From an uncultured Acidobacteriota bacterium (GTDB taxonomy: Bacteria > Acidobacteriota > Thermoanaerobaculia > Multivoradales > JAHEKO01): DNA of 64,000 nucleotides. The translations under genes were made by a program, and so were the position numbers. The notes below the pieces were generated by a model. It saw nothing but the letters and a program-made list of their open reading frames with translations, did no database searches and had not been told where the DNA came from. Below, in pieces: positions 48,496 to 57,839 of this stretch (the first letter of the stretch is position 1; every line of letters starts with the position of its first letter). The DNA is taken from the NCBI GenBank assembly GCA_963713825.1, contig CAVQNG010000025.1:288001-352000 (forward strand), given 5' to 3'.

Positions 48496-49286
48496 ACTGC
48501 AATCGGCGCCTTGATGTGGGGGTGGGGGTCGTATTCCTCTAGACAGAAGTCCTCGAGCTGAAAATCGAAGACCGATCGGACATCAGGGTTCAGGACCATT
48601 CGGGGCAGGGACCGTGGATCGCGCTCGAGCTGTTGTCGAGCTTGCTCGAAGTGATTCCGATAGAGATGGGCGTCCCCAAAGGTGTGCACGAACTCCCCGG
48701 GCTTCAGATCGCAGGCCTGGGCGACCATCAGGGTGAGCAACGAGTAGGAGGCGATGTTGAACGGAACTCCGAGAAAGACATCCGCACTGCGCTGATACAA
48801 CTGACAAGAGAGGCGGCCCGAGGCGACGTAGAACTGGAACAGGAGATGGCAGGGAGGAAGGGCCATGTTCTCGACATCGCTGACGTTCCAGGCGCTGACG
48901 ATATGGCGACGTGAGTCGGGGCTCTGCCGGATCTGCTCGATGACCTGGGTGATCTGGTCGATTTTGCGCCCGTCGGCGGTTGGCCACGAGCGCCATTGAT
49001 AGCCATAGACCGGTCCCAATTCACCGTTCTCGTCTGCCCACGCGTTCCAGATGCGGACACCGTTCTCGTTGAGGTATCGGATGTTGGTGTCACCCGTCAG
49101 AAACCACAGCAACTCATGAATGATGGATGGCGTGTGGAGTTTCTTGGTGGTCAACATTGGGAAACGATCGCCGAGGTCGAATCGCATCTGATGGCCAAAG
49201 ATGCTCCGTGTGCCGGTGCCCGTGCGGTCCGATTTGTCGACTCCGTCGTCGAGGATGTGCTGCAAGAGGTCCAGGTACTGTTGCAT
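48492..49286 (-). CDS. thyA: Thymidylate synthase
   Basis: 'DRTGTGT', 'GPVYGYQWR', 'MALPPCH', '[14 protein letters not shown]', 'IKAPIAV'. Confidence 0.98.
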   Translation of the reverse strand: MQQYLDLLQHILDDGVDKSDRTGTGTRSIFGHQMRFDLGDRFPMLTTKKLHTPSIIHELLWFLTGDTNIRYLNENGVRIWNAWADENGELGPVYGYQWRSWPTADGRKIDQITQVIEQIRQSPDSRRHIVSAWNVSDVENMALPPCHLLFQFYVASGRLSCQLYQRSADVFLGVPFNIASYSLLTLMVAQACDLKPGEFVHTFGDAHLYRNHFEQARQQLERDPRSLPRMVLNPDVRSVFDFQLEDFCLEEYDPHPHIKAPIAV

Positions 49287-49456
49287 GGTGCTGAAAGGCT
49301 ATTGTTTTGGGCCCGACGAAGCAACCGCGCTCCCAGTCGGCAGGACGTATAAGCTTGCCGGAGCTTGCGGCGATTGCCGATGGCCGAAGAAGAGGATCTA
49401 GCATAGCTCCGGCCCGGCGGACTCGACCCCGAGCGTCGGAGCGTCGAGATCGATCC

Positions 49457-50857
49457 ATGGCAAGCGGCGATACCATGCACCGGGTCCGGAAGACACTCAG
49501 TTCGACAGCGCAATCGACGCGGGTCCTTTCGCTGGCACCCCTCGGTGTCATTGTGGGAATGCTGTTGGCATGGGCCGCGAATGGGTCGGCCGCCCCGGAA
49601 CCCGCCAGGGTCGGCTCGCCCACCGTGCCAGTGGTCTTCGTTCCAGGAGTGACTGGTGTGGAGCTTCGGGAGGCCGGAAGAACCAGGATCCTCTGGGGAA
49701 AGGGCCACAATTTGATGTTCCCTCGGGATCACGGCTACAACATTGCCAGAGCCATCGAATCGGGCCCCAGCCGCTCCGGAGTGGAAGCAGGAGAGGTCAT
49801 CCTACGGCTGCGCCTGGCAGGTGTCGTTCGGAAGCCGGTCTATCAGCCCCTCGTGGACCTGCTGGAGTCGAATGGCTACCGCGTCGGCGACCTGGCCAGG
49901 CCGCGACCCGAAGACTCACTTTTCCTGTTCGGTTACGACTGGCGACAGAGCAACGTCGAATCGGCCCATCAGCTACTAGAGCGTCTGGAGCGGGTGCGCG
50001 TGACCCGGGGCGACGGCCGACTCGCCGTCGTGCTCGTCTGCCAGAGCAATGGTGCCCATCTATGCCGGTACCTGGCGCGATACGGTGCCGCAACGCTGGA
50101 TCAGGCCGAGTCGGGGAAGGTCGATGTACCCGCCACCCTGGATATCCAGAAGATCGTACTCATGGGCGCTTCGAATGGTGGCTCTCTCCGTATTCTCCGA
50201 GAGCTGAATCGGGGGAGAAAATACGTGCCCTGGGTAGGACGAAGATGGGCTCCGGAGGCATTCTTTGGCTATGAATCGCTGTATCAGGATCTACCGGCGT
50301 ACACCGACCACCTGTTCGTCGGCCGCGATGGGCAACCGATCTCAGTCGATCTCTACGATGTCGCGTCGTGGAAGAAGTACCAATGGTCGGTCTTCGCGCC
50401 TGCCGTCGGGAGTCGGTTGGCGGAGAACCGACATCCAGAGCTTTTCGGTGATGTCGCTTCCCGAGAGTCGTTTCTTCACCGGGCGCTGCGACTCGCTCAA
50501 CGGGTTCAGGCGCTCTTGCGTAGTGACTCGGGGGGGACGACGGCGGGTCGGTACTACCTGATTCGCAATGACTTCAACGACACGATTGCCAGGGCGCTGC
50601 TGGTCGAAGAAGAAGGTGGATGGAGGACCTACTTTCTCGGCGATGAGGAACTTGATCGATTTCCGAGTGTCCTCGGTCGACTCCGAGCTTCGGGTGACGG
50701 CCATGCCACCTTGGAAAGCCAGGAATGGCTGTCGGCGCCCGAGCGAGAGCTGCTGAGTCCAGAGGTCATGAACGTCGAAGGCCCGCACTTCGCAATGATC
50801 CACAACCGGGAAGCTCAGCGCTATCTCTTGGAGATTCTCTCCGATCACGCTCCATGA
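49457..50857 (+). CDS. Secreted LCAT/PLA2-like alpha/beta hydrolase-acyltransferase
   Basis: 'PVVFVPGVTG', 'FGYDWRQS', nucleophile elbow 'CQSNG', 'GDGH', C-terminal His 'PHFAM'. Start uncertain. Confidence 0.75.
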   Translation: MASGDTMHRVRKTLSSTAQSTRVLSLAPLGVIVGMLLAWAANGSAAPEPARVGSPTVPVVFVPGVTGVELREAGRTRILWGKGHNLMFPRDHGYNIARAIESGPSRSGVEAGEVILRLRLAGVVRKPVYQPLVDLLESNGYRVGDLARPRPEDSLFLFGYDWRQSNVESAHQLLERLERVRVTRGDGRLAVVLVCQSNGAHLCRYLARYGAATLDQAESGKVDVPATLDIQKIVLMGASNGGSLRILRELNRGRKYVPWVGRRWAPEAFFGYESLYQDLPAYTDHLFVGRDGQPISVDLYDVASWKKYQWSVFAPAVGSRLAENRHPELFGDVASRESFLHRALRLAQRVQALLRSDSGGTTAGRYYLIRNDFNDTIARALLVEEEGGWRTYFLGDEELDRFPSVLGRLRASGDGHATLESQEWLSAPERELLSPEVMNVEGPHFAMIHNREAQRYLLEILSDHAP

Positions 50858-50878
50858 GGAGTCCTCTCGATTACTGAA

Positions 50879-52300
50879 GTGAACGGCATGGAACCAACCG
50901 GGCTACCGACAGCTCATGCCTCGTTCTGGCAGTCGCTGCGGCAAGCCATTCACGGCTCCCAGGAGGACTTCACTCGAGGGAGATTGAGTCGCGCCATCGT
51001 TCTGCTGGCCATTCCGATGGTCCTGGAGATGGTCATGGAGTCGGTGTTCGCCATCTGCGACGTCTTCTTCGTCTCTCGATTGGGGGCGGACGCTGTCGCC
51101 ACCGTCGGGCTCACCGAATCTCTCCTGACCCTGGTCTTTTCCCTGGCGATTGGCCTCAGCATGGGGACTACGGCTCTTGTAGCCCGGCGAACTGGCGAGA
51201 AGGACCCCGAAGGGGCCAGTGTGGCGGGGGCCCAGGCGATCTTCATCGGGCTGTTCGCCTCGGTCGTCGTCGGTGCAGTCGGAGTCCTGACGGGACCTGC
51301 GGCTCTCTCGCTGCTAGGAGCTTCGGACCAGGTGGTCAATCTGGGAGCGGGATACTCGAGAATCCTCCTGGGCGGCTGCGGAACCGTCATGCTGCTCTTC
51401 ATCATCAACGCGGTCTTCCGGGGTGCCGGAGACGCAGCGGTGGCGATGCGGGTCCTGTGGCTGGCGAACTTGATCAACCTGATTCTCGACCCCTGCCTCA
51501 TCTTCGGTCTCGGCCCCTTCCCAGAACTGGGCGTCGCCGGTGCAGCTGTTGCGACGACGATCGGGCGCGGAACCGGCGTCGTCTATCAGTTCTGGATTTT
51601 GGCGCGAGGGACCAGTCGGATCAGGATCCGCCCGGCGGAGATTCGACTGGTTCCGAATGTCATGAAGACGCTATTGAGAGTCTCCTCTGGGGGCATCTTC
51701 CAAGTGCTGGTGGCGACCTGCAGTTGGGTCGCCCTGGTACGCATCATAGCGATCTTCGGCTCGACGGCCGTAGCCGGATACACCATCGCCATTCGGGTCG
51801 TGATCTTCTCGATCCTGCCCGCCTGGGGAATGGCCAACGCCGCCGCGACGCTCGTGGGTCAGAACCTGGGGGCCGGGAAACCCGACCGAGCGGAACGATC
51901 GGCTTGGCTGACGGGCCTCTACAACATGGTCTTCCTCGGCTGCATTGCGGTGCTCTTTCTCGTCTTCGGCGCAGCGATCATCGGCCTGTTCTCCCAGGAC
52001 CCAGGCGTGCTTTCCATCGGCGTGGAGTGTCTGCGCATCATCAGTTACGGCTACGTCTTCTATGCCCTCGGCATGGTTCTGGTGCAGGCTTTCAATGGCG
52101 CCGGGGATACGACGACTCCTTCGCTCATCAACTTCTTCTGCTACTGGCTCTTCCAGATTCCTCTCGCCTATTGGCTGGCGGTGTCTTCTGGCATGGGGCC
52201 GAACGGGGTCTTCTGGGCCATTGCCATCGCCGAGACGATGATCACGGTGGCCGGAGCTAGCCTCTTCCGTCTGGGGCGTTGGAAGAAACGTCAGGTCTGA
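50879..52300 (+). CDS. MATE family efflux transporter
   Basis: 'LAIPMVLE', 'FRGAGD', 'NLILDPCLIFG', 'GAAVAT', 'VGQNLGAG', 'FNGAGDT'. Confidence 0.93.
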   Translation: MNGMEPTGLPTAHASFWQSLRQAIHGSQEDFTRGRLSRAIVLLAIPMVLEMVMESVFAICDVFFVSRLGADAVATVGLTESLLTLVFSLAIGLSMGTTALVARRTGEKDPEGASVAGAQAIFIGLFASVVVGAVGVLTGPAALSLLGASDQVVNLGAGYSRILLGGCGTVMLLFIINAVFRGAGDAAVAMRVLWLANLINLILDPCLIFGLGPFPELGVAGAAVATTIGRGTGVVYQFWILARGTSRIRIRPAEIRLVPNVMKTLLRVSSGGIFQVLVATCSWVALVRIIAIFGSTAVAGYTIAIRVVIFSILPAWGMANAAATLVGQNLGAGKPDRAERSAWLTGLYNMVFLGCIAVLFLVFGAAIIGLFSQDPGVLSIGVECLRIISYGYVFYALGMVLVQAFNGAGDTTTPSLINFFCYWLFQIPLAYWLAVSSGMGPNGVFWAIAIAETMITVAGASLFRLGRWKKRQV

Positions 52301-52453
52301 TTGCCTGGGTCGGTTGGCAAATGTGCCGATCGATTGGATCGCCCGAGCCTGTTCCCTGGGGATCGAGTCGGGTTAGTATCGACAGGTCTTTCGAGCGGCA
52401 GAATCCCGCACCTCGACGAGCTGGCGGGCAGCTTCAGCTGGTGGAACTCGGCC

Positions 52454-54115
52454 ATGACTGGTAACGGCAAACGTATCGGAATCTTCGGTTGGGGCATCGT
52501 GGCTCCCAAATCCCCTGATGTCGCATCCTTCGAGAAGAACCTGATATCAGGTGAGACCTGGCTGGAGCCCTTCAACGGGTTCGGACCCGACAATTTCCTG
52601 GTCGGCAACCCGGAGTTCGATTTCGCTGCCTACAGGGAGTGGATCGATCAGCGGTTCGAACCCCGCAAGTTCGCGCAGCTCGACGCCAAAATGGGCAACA
52701 TGGTCAAGTACGCCATCGGTGCCTTCATCCAGTCGCTGGGTCAGAACCCGGGCATCGAGGAGAAGTTGCAAGAGCTCGGGGCCGAGACTCACATCTATGT
52801 CGGCACAGGGTTGGGCGACCTGGCTACCAACTTCAGGATCGGGCGAGACTACTTTCGGGCCCAGCGGCGGTGGAAGCGGTTCTGGTGTCAGGAGGAGCAC
52901 AATCCTCTATTGGCCGAGTTCCGCGCGGCAGGCCCGACCGAGCAGGAACGGATGAGGCGCGAGATGGGGGTGCCAGTCGATCCCGTGCAGCTCGGCAAGC
53001 AGGATGAGCACTACGAAGAAGCTGTCGATGACTGGCTGGATTTCTGGGTTCGCGAGTCGCCGAGCCTGCAGGACTATCTGAAGAGATTGCGCCAGATCGA
53101 GTCCGAAGGGATTGGCGAGGATATCGACAAGGGCAAGGGCTCGGTCATTCGCCATAAGGCCACGGCCCGCAGGAAGCTGAACGCGGAGTACGGGTGTCCT
53201 CTGGAGCCCTGGAACGCTGTCGAAGCCAACCTGCTGTGGAACATCCCGAACATTCCCGCCGCACAAATCTCCATGCTGGGGCGGATTTCAGGTCCGACCG
53301 TGGCTCCTGTCGCGGCCTGCTCGGGCTTCGGCACAGCGCTGAAGTTCGGCGTCAGCGCCATCCAGAACGGCGAAGCGAAGGCAGCGGTCATCGGCATGAC
53401 CGATCCAGAGCCACATCCTCTAACCGTGGGGTCCTTCTTTGCGGCCCGAGTGGTGTCCCAGGATGGGCAGGTTTCCAAGCCGTTCACAGGCATGCGCGGT
53501 ACTCATGTCTCCGGAGGCGCTTGTATCTGGATCATCGGCGACGCGGACTATTTTCGTGGGCTGGGGATGAAGACCGTCGGACTCGAAGTCCTCGGCGTGG
53601 CGATCAACTCGGATGCCGATCACATCATCACGCCTTCCCAGCAAGGGCCTCAGGCGGTCATTCAGCAGTCGCTGGCAGCTGCTGGTGTCGGGCCGGAAGA
53701 AGTGGCCACCTGGGACATGCACGCGACCGCCACACCTGGCGATTGGACTGAGCTGCAGAACATCCTCTCGGTCGTGCCAGGGGTTACCCGACTGACCGCA
53801 CGAAAGGGATCCTTTGGACACGGCATGTCGGTCTGCGGGGGCTGGGAGCTGACAGCCCAGCACCTCGGTTTCGCGCAGGGAATCCTGCATCCTGTGAATC
53901 TGGAGGAGGACGAGATCCATCCCCAGATTCGACCGCATCACGACGCTCTGGTGCGCCACGAACTGGCGGAGATGGAGGGTCGAGTCGCCGGCAAGCTCAA
54001 TATGGGGGTCGGCGGAGTCAACGCCTGTGTAGTCAGTCGACTCTGGGAGTCCGAGGAAGCCGCCGAAGGAGCCACCGAGTCGGATCTGGAGGAGGATCCT
54101 CCAGACCGTCCCTGA
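52454..54115 (+). CDS. Beta-ketoacyl synthase (KAS I/II fold) with a large central insertion
   Basis: Catalytic Cys 'AACSGF', His 'MHATAT', His 'KGSFGHG', 'MGVGGVN'; ~120-aa acidic/helical insert after 'GTGLG'. Confidence 0.85.
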   Translation: MTGNGKRIGIFGWGIVAPKSPDVASFEKNLISGETWLEPFNGFGPDNFLVGNPEFDFAAYREWIDQRFEPRKFAQLDAKMGNMVKYAIGAFIQSLGQNPGIEEKLQELGAETHIYVGTGLGDLATNFRIGRDYFRAQRRWKRFWCQEEHNPLLAEFRAAGPTEQERMRREMGVPVDPVQLGKQDEHYEEAVDDWLDFWVRESPSLQDYLKRLRQIESEGIGEDIDKGKGSVIRHKATARRKLNAEYGCPLEPWNAVEANLLWNIPNIPAAQISMLGRISGPTVAPVAACSGFGTALKFGVSAIQNGEAKAAVIGMTDPEPHPLTVGSFFAARVVSQDGQVSKPFTGMRGTHVSGGACIWIIGDADYFRGLGMKTVGLEVLGVAINSDADHIITPSQQGPQAVIQQSLAAAGVGPEEVATWDMHATATPGDWTELQNILSVVPGVTRLTARKGSFGHGMSVCGGWELTAQHLGFAQGILHPVNLEEDEIHPQIRPHHDALVRHELAEMEGRVAGKLNMGVGGVNACVVSRLWESEEAAEGATESDLEEDPPDRP

Positions 54116-54162
54116 TCAGCTCGAGATTCTTCTGCGATTCCCTCTTACTGTCCTCTCAGCGA

Positions 54163-54999
54163 TCAGATCGTCGGGGCTGGAGCCTCCGGAATGTCGGGGC
54201 GGCGTTCGATACCCTCGGGTTTCTCCACTAGCCCGGCCGGCGACCGCTTCTTTCTCAGCCCCAGAGCATCGCCAACCAGCTGCCGTTTCATCAACTGGAT
54301 GGCCTTGGCAGGATCGACTCCCTTCGGGCACACTCGCGAGCACTCACCGGCGAAATGGCAGCGCCAGGGACCGGCTTCGCCGGCCAGGACTTCCTTGCGT
54401 ACTTCGAAGCCGTCATCTCTGGTATCGCTGTTGTAGCGTTGCGCCTGGGCTAGAGCCACGGGTCCCGAGTAGACCGGGTCGGTGGCGCAGGTGGGGCAGG
54501 CGGCCATGCAGCAGGCGCACTTGATGCAGTAGGAGAACTGAAGGTAGGTCTCCATCTCCTCGGCCGATTGGTAGTACTCCCGGGTCGGCTCTTCCTGTTC
54601 GGTGGTGTCGGAGCGGATGATGTAAGGCGACAGGGCCGTGTGGGCGTCGAAGAGCGGTCGCAGATCCGGGACCAGGTCGCGGACGATCGGGAAATTGGCC
54701 AGCGGAGCCACGGTCACGACGGCAGTTCCCAGCTCGGAGATCTGGGTGTTGCACCCCAATCCTGCCTTGCCGTTGATCAGCATGCCGCAGGATCCACAGA
54801 CTCCCATGCGGCACGATGCCCGCCATGCCAGAGTTGGATCGCTGGTCTCCTTGACCTTCCACAGTCCGTCGAGGACGGTCATGCCGGCCTCGTAGGCGAT
54901 CGGGTACTCCTTCCAAACCGGCTCTTTGTCACGGCCGGGTGCGAAACGACGGATCCGAAAGACGATCTGCTCGGGTAGGTTGCCGTTGCTCATCGCCAT
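54163..54999 (-). CDS. sdhB: Succinate dehydrogenase/fumarate reductase iron-sulfur subunit
   Basis: 'SCRMGVCGSC...C' [2Fe-2S], 'CIKCACCMAACP' [4Fe-4S], 'CHFAGECSRVCP' [3Fe-4S]. Confidence 0.95.
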   Translation of the reverse strand: MAMSNGNLPEQIVFRIRRFAPGRDKEPVWKEYPIAYEAGMTVLDGLWKVKETSDPTLAWRASCRMGVCGSCGMLINGKAGLGCNTQISELGTAVVTVAPLANFPIVRDLVPDLRPLFDAHTALSPYIIRSDTTEQEEPTREYYQSAEEMETYLQFSYCIKCACCMAACPTCATDPVYSGPVALAQAQRYNSDTRDDGFEVRKEVLAGEAGPWRCHFAGECSRVCPKGVDPAKAIQLMKRQLVGDALGLRKKRSPAGLVEKPEGIERRPDIPEAPAPTI

Positions 55000-55002
55000 C
55001 CC

Positions 55003-55377
55003 CTAGGTCAGAGAAGCTACCTGGTGGCCGACCCAAGCGGCCCAGGTGCCGAAAATGAAGAGACCGACACCGACCAGGATGAGAACCCAACTGAGGGCCT
55101 TCTTCAAGGGCGGGGCGGGATCGAGTTCGAAGAGAATGTTCCGCAGCCCGTAGAGGCCATGAAAGAGAGCCGCTCCGAGCAGTAAGACATAGGTCAGGGT
55201 AAAGGCCATGCTCTGACCCCGAGCCACGACGTTGGCCCAATCGATCGGATGACCACCCGCTGGATTGAAGATCCCCAGCAGGGCATCCAGATGCATGATT
55301 GCCATGTGCAGCCCGAGAAGGAACAGGATGATCGCACCGGCTGCCAAGTGCCATGTCCACAGCTTTTGGTCACGCAT
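55003..55377 (-). CDS. sdhD: Succinate dehydrogenase small membrane anchor
   Basis: 3 TM segments; 'LHMAIMH', 'FHGLYGLR'; inside the sdh operon. Confidence 0.8.
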   Translation of the reverse strand: MRDQKLWTWHLAAGAIILFLLGLHMAIMHLDALLGIFNPAGGHPIDWANVVARGQSMAFTLTYVLLLGAALFHGLYGLRNILFELDPAPPLKKALSWVLILVGVGLFIFGTWAAWVGHQVASLT

Positions 55378-55397
55378 TGCTGATCACTCCCTTTGGC

Positions 55398-55835
55398 CTA
55401 GTGCCAGACGAAGAAGTCCAGGGCTCCGACCACGACGAGTGCGGCGATCAGCAGCAGCGCGCCAAGCGCCCAGGGTCGTTGGTCGTCGAGACAGGTGCGG
55501 TACGGGTAGATGGGCTCGATCGGTTTGCCGATTCCCCAGCCGAGCTCGGCAAAGAACAGCCTCATGCCGTTGATGGCGTGAAAGGCGAAAGCGACGAACA
55601 CCAGGTACTCACCGAGCACGAACAGTGGGCCGCTGACCCTCGCCATGCTTGCCTCCCAGGCTCCTTCGCTGACAGCCCTCGAGGAGGTCACGACAATGTG
55701 CACGAGAAAATAGAACAGCAGTCCCAGACCCGTGACTCGGTGCAGGGTGTAGAGGTACCGATCCGGTCCCCAGCTACCGCCCCCGACCCAGCCCCAGACG
55801 CCAAGCCGATTGGGATGACCTCGGTCTTTCTCCAT
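55398..55835 (-). CDS. sdhC: Succinate dehydrogenase cytochrome b subunit
   Basis: 'LHRVTG', 'LVHI', 'FHAINGMR'; 3 TM segments. Confidence 0.85.
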   Translation of the reverse strand: MEKDRGHPNRLGVWGWVGGGSWGPDRYLYTLHRVTGLGLLFYFLVHIVVTSSRAVSEGAWEASMARVSGPLFVLGEYLVFVAFAFHAINGMRLFFAELGWGIGKPIEPIYPYRTCLDDQRPWALGALLLIAALVVVGALDFFVWH

Positions 55836-55849
55836 TTCTCCACCTCTCT

Positions 55850-57565
55850 TCAGTACTTGCGTTCCACCGGTTTCCAGGTGGTTGTGGTCACTGGCTTGTA
55901 GTCCAAACGTGGACCACTGTCAGTGCGCCAGGCGAGCGTGTGTCGCATCCAAGTCTCATCGTCACGATCGACGAAATCGCGACGTGAGTGGGCGCCTCTG
56001 GACTCCTCTCGGGTCAGAGCACCAAAAACGGTTACTTCTGCGAGGTCCAACAGGTTCTCCAACTCCAAAGCGTGGAAGAGGTTGGAGTTGTAGACGCGGC
56101 TCTTGTCGGCCACCGGCGCTCGAGTCGAGCGGTCCTTGATCTCACGAATGATCTCCAAGGCCTTGGCGAGGCCCTCACCCGTGCGGTAGACGCCGGCGTA
56201 CTGATCCATGGTGCTGCGCAGCTCCTGCCGCAATCGGTAGAGGTTCTGATCTCCCTTTCGATCCAGCAGCTCATCGATGTGGCCCTTGCTGACTGCCAAC
56301 TGCTCACTGCTCAGAGAGGCCGGCTTTGGCAGCTCTCCGAGTCGGTCGGCGATCTCGCCGCCGGCGATTCCACCCCAGACCAGGCACTCGGCCGTGGAGT
56401 TGGAACCCAAGCGGTTGGCCCCGTGAAGCGAAACGCAAGCTGCCTCGCCCGCGGCCCAGATCGCCGGACAGCGGGTCGCGCCGTCGATATCGGTCTCGAT
56501 GCCCCCCATCGAGTAGTGCGCCACCGGTCGGATGGGGATGGGGTTGTCGATCGGATCGATGCCGACGAACTTCATGCAGACCTCGCGGATCAGCGGCAGT
56601 CGCGTGTTGATCCGATCGGCTCCGAGATGGGTCAGGTCGAGGTGGAGATAGTCGAGGCCGTCAGGGCCCTTGAAACCTCTTCCCTCGAGAATCTCCGTCG
56701 TCTCGGCGCGGGAGATCACGTCGCGGGGGCCGAGCTCCATCTTCTCTGGGGCGTAGCGCTCCAGGAACCGCTCACCCTCTGCGTTGCGCAGGTAGCCACC
56801 TTCACCGCGGCACCCCTCGGTCATGAGGATTCCCGAAGGAATGAGACCGGTGGGGTGGAATTGCAGAAACTCCATGTCTTCCAGGGGTAGGCCGGCGCGA
56901 TAGGCCATGGCCAAACCGTCGCCAGTGACGCTCTGCGAGTAGGTCGTGAATCCGAACAGGGTTCCGGCTCCGCCCGCGGCGATCAGCAGTGCCTTGCCCT
57001 GCAGGGTCACCAGGTCGCCGGTGGCGGCATGGATTCCGGCCAGACCGGCGAAATCATCGCCCTCCATCAGGATGTCGCTGACGAAGAACTCGTCGTAGCG
57101 AGTGAAGTTGTCGTACTTCAGCAGCGTGTCGTACAGCGTCTGCATCTCGAAAAAGCCGGTCTTGTCGGCGGCGAGCGTGGCGCGAGGGTAGGAGTGTCCG
57201 CCGAAAGGTCTCTGCTCGATGCGGCCGTGCTCATCACGCGTCCAAGGTATTCCCCAATGATCGAGGAGGAAGATCTCCTTGGGTGACGCGTTGACGAAGC
57301 GGTAGACGACATCCTGGTCGGCCAGGAAATCGGCTCCCTTGACGGTGTCCCAGGCGTGCAGGTCGATCGAGTCGCCTTCATCGGTACGGAGCATCGCCGC
57401 CGTACCGCCCTCGGCGCAGACCGAGTGGGCGCGCATGAGCTGCACTTTCGAGACGATGCCAATGTCGGCCTTGCCATCGGTGCGCTGCGCGATTTCCACG
57501 GCGGCGCGTAGTCCGGCGAGGCCAGCTCCCAAGATCAAGACATCGTGGCCAAGGTTCTGATCCAT
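55850..57565 (-). CDS. sdhA: Succinate dehydrogenase/fumarate reductase flavoprotein
   Basis: 'GAGLAG', covalent-FAD His 'RAHSVCAEGG', 'QFHPTG', 'EGCRGEGG', 'HYSMGG', 'HGANRLGSNS', 'ESRGAH'. Confidence 0.96.
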   Translation of the reverse strand: MDQNLGHDVLILGAGLAGLRAAVEIAQRTDGKADIGIVSKVQLMRAHSVCAEGGTAAMLRTDEGDSIDLHAWDTVKGADFLADQDVVYRFVNASPKEIFLLDHWGIPWTRDEHGRIEQRPFGGHSYPRATLAADKTGFFEMQTLYDTLLKYDNFTRYDEFFVSDILMEGDDFAGLAGIHAATGDLVTLQGKALLIAAGGAGTLFGFTTYSQSVTGDGLAMAYRAGLPLEDMEFLQFHPTGLIPSGILMTEGCRGEGGYLRNAEGERFLERYAPEKMELGPRDVISRAETTEILEGRGFKGPDGLDYLHLDLTHLGADRINTRLPLIREVCMKFVGIDPIDNPIPIRPVAHYSMGGIETDIDGATRCPAIWAAGEAACVSLHGANRLGSNSTAECLVWGGIAGGEIADRLGELPKPASLSSEQLAVSKGHIDELLDRKGDQNLYRLRQELRSTMDQYAGVYRTGEGLAKALEIIREIKDRSTRAPVADKSRVYNSNLFHALELENLLDLAEVTVFGALTREESRGAHSRRDFVDRDDETWMRHTLAWRTDSGPRLDYKPVTTTTWKPVERKY

Positions 57566-57839
57566 TAGCCATCTCCTAATAAGACGCGGTGGGAAAGATG
57601 GGTTGGACAGCTCCCAACCCGCCCTAATCGGGCACGCACCACTGTAGGCGGGAAGACCCCTTCTTTGCACCACTCGAAAGGGCGGATCACCTGGCTACTC
57701 AAGGGGGTGGGATGGGGGGGCTGGTAGGGTGGTTTCGAATGGGAAGAATGAGGGGCTGTAACCCAAGAACTACGAGCTCTGACTCGCGTAATGAGGAAGG
57801 AGAGCTCTTGACGACGCTCTCAGAATTGGAGGTAGTGCC

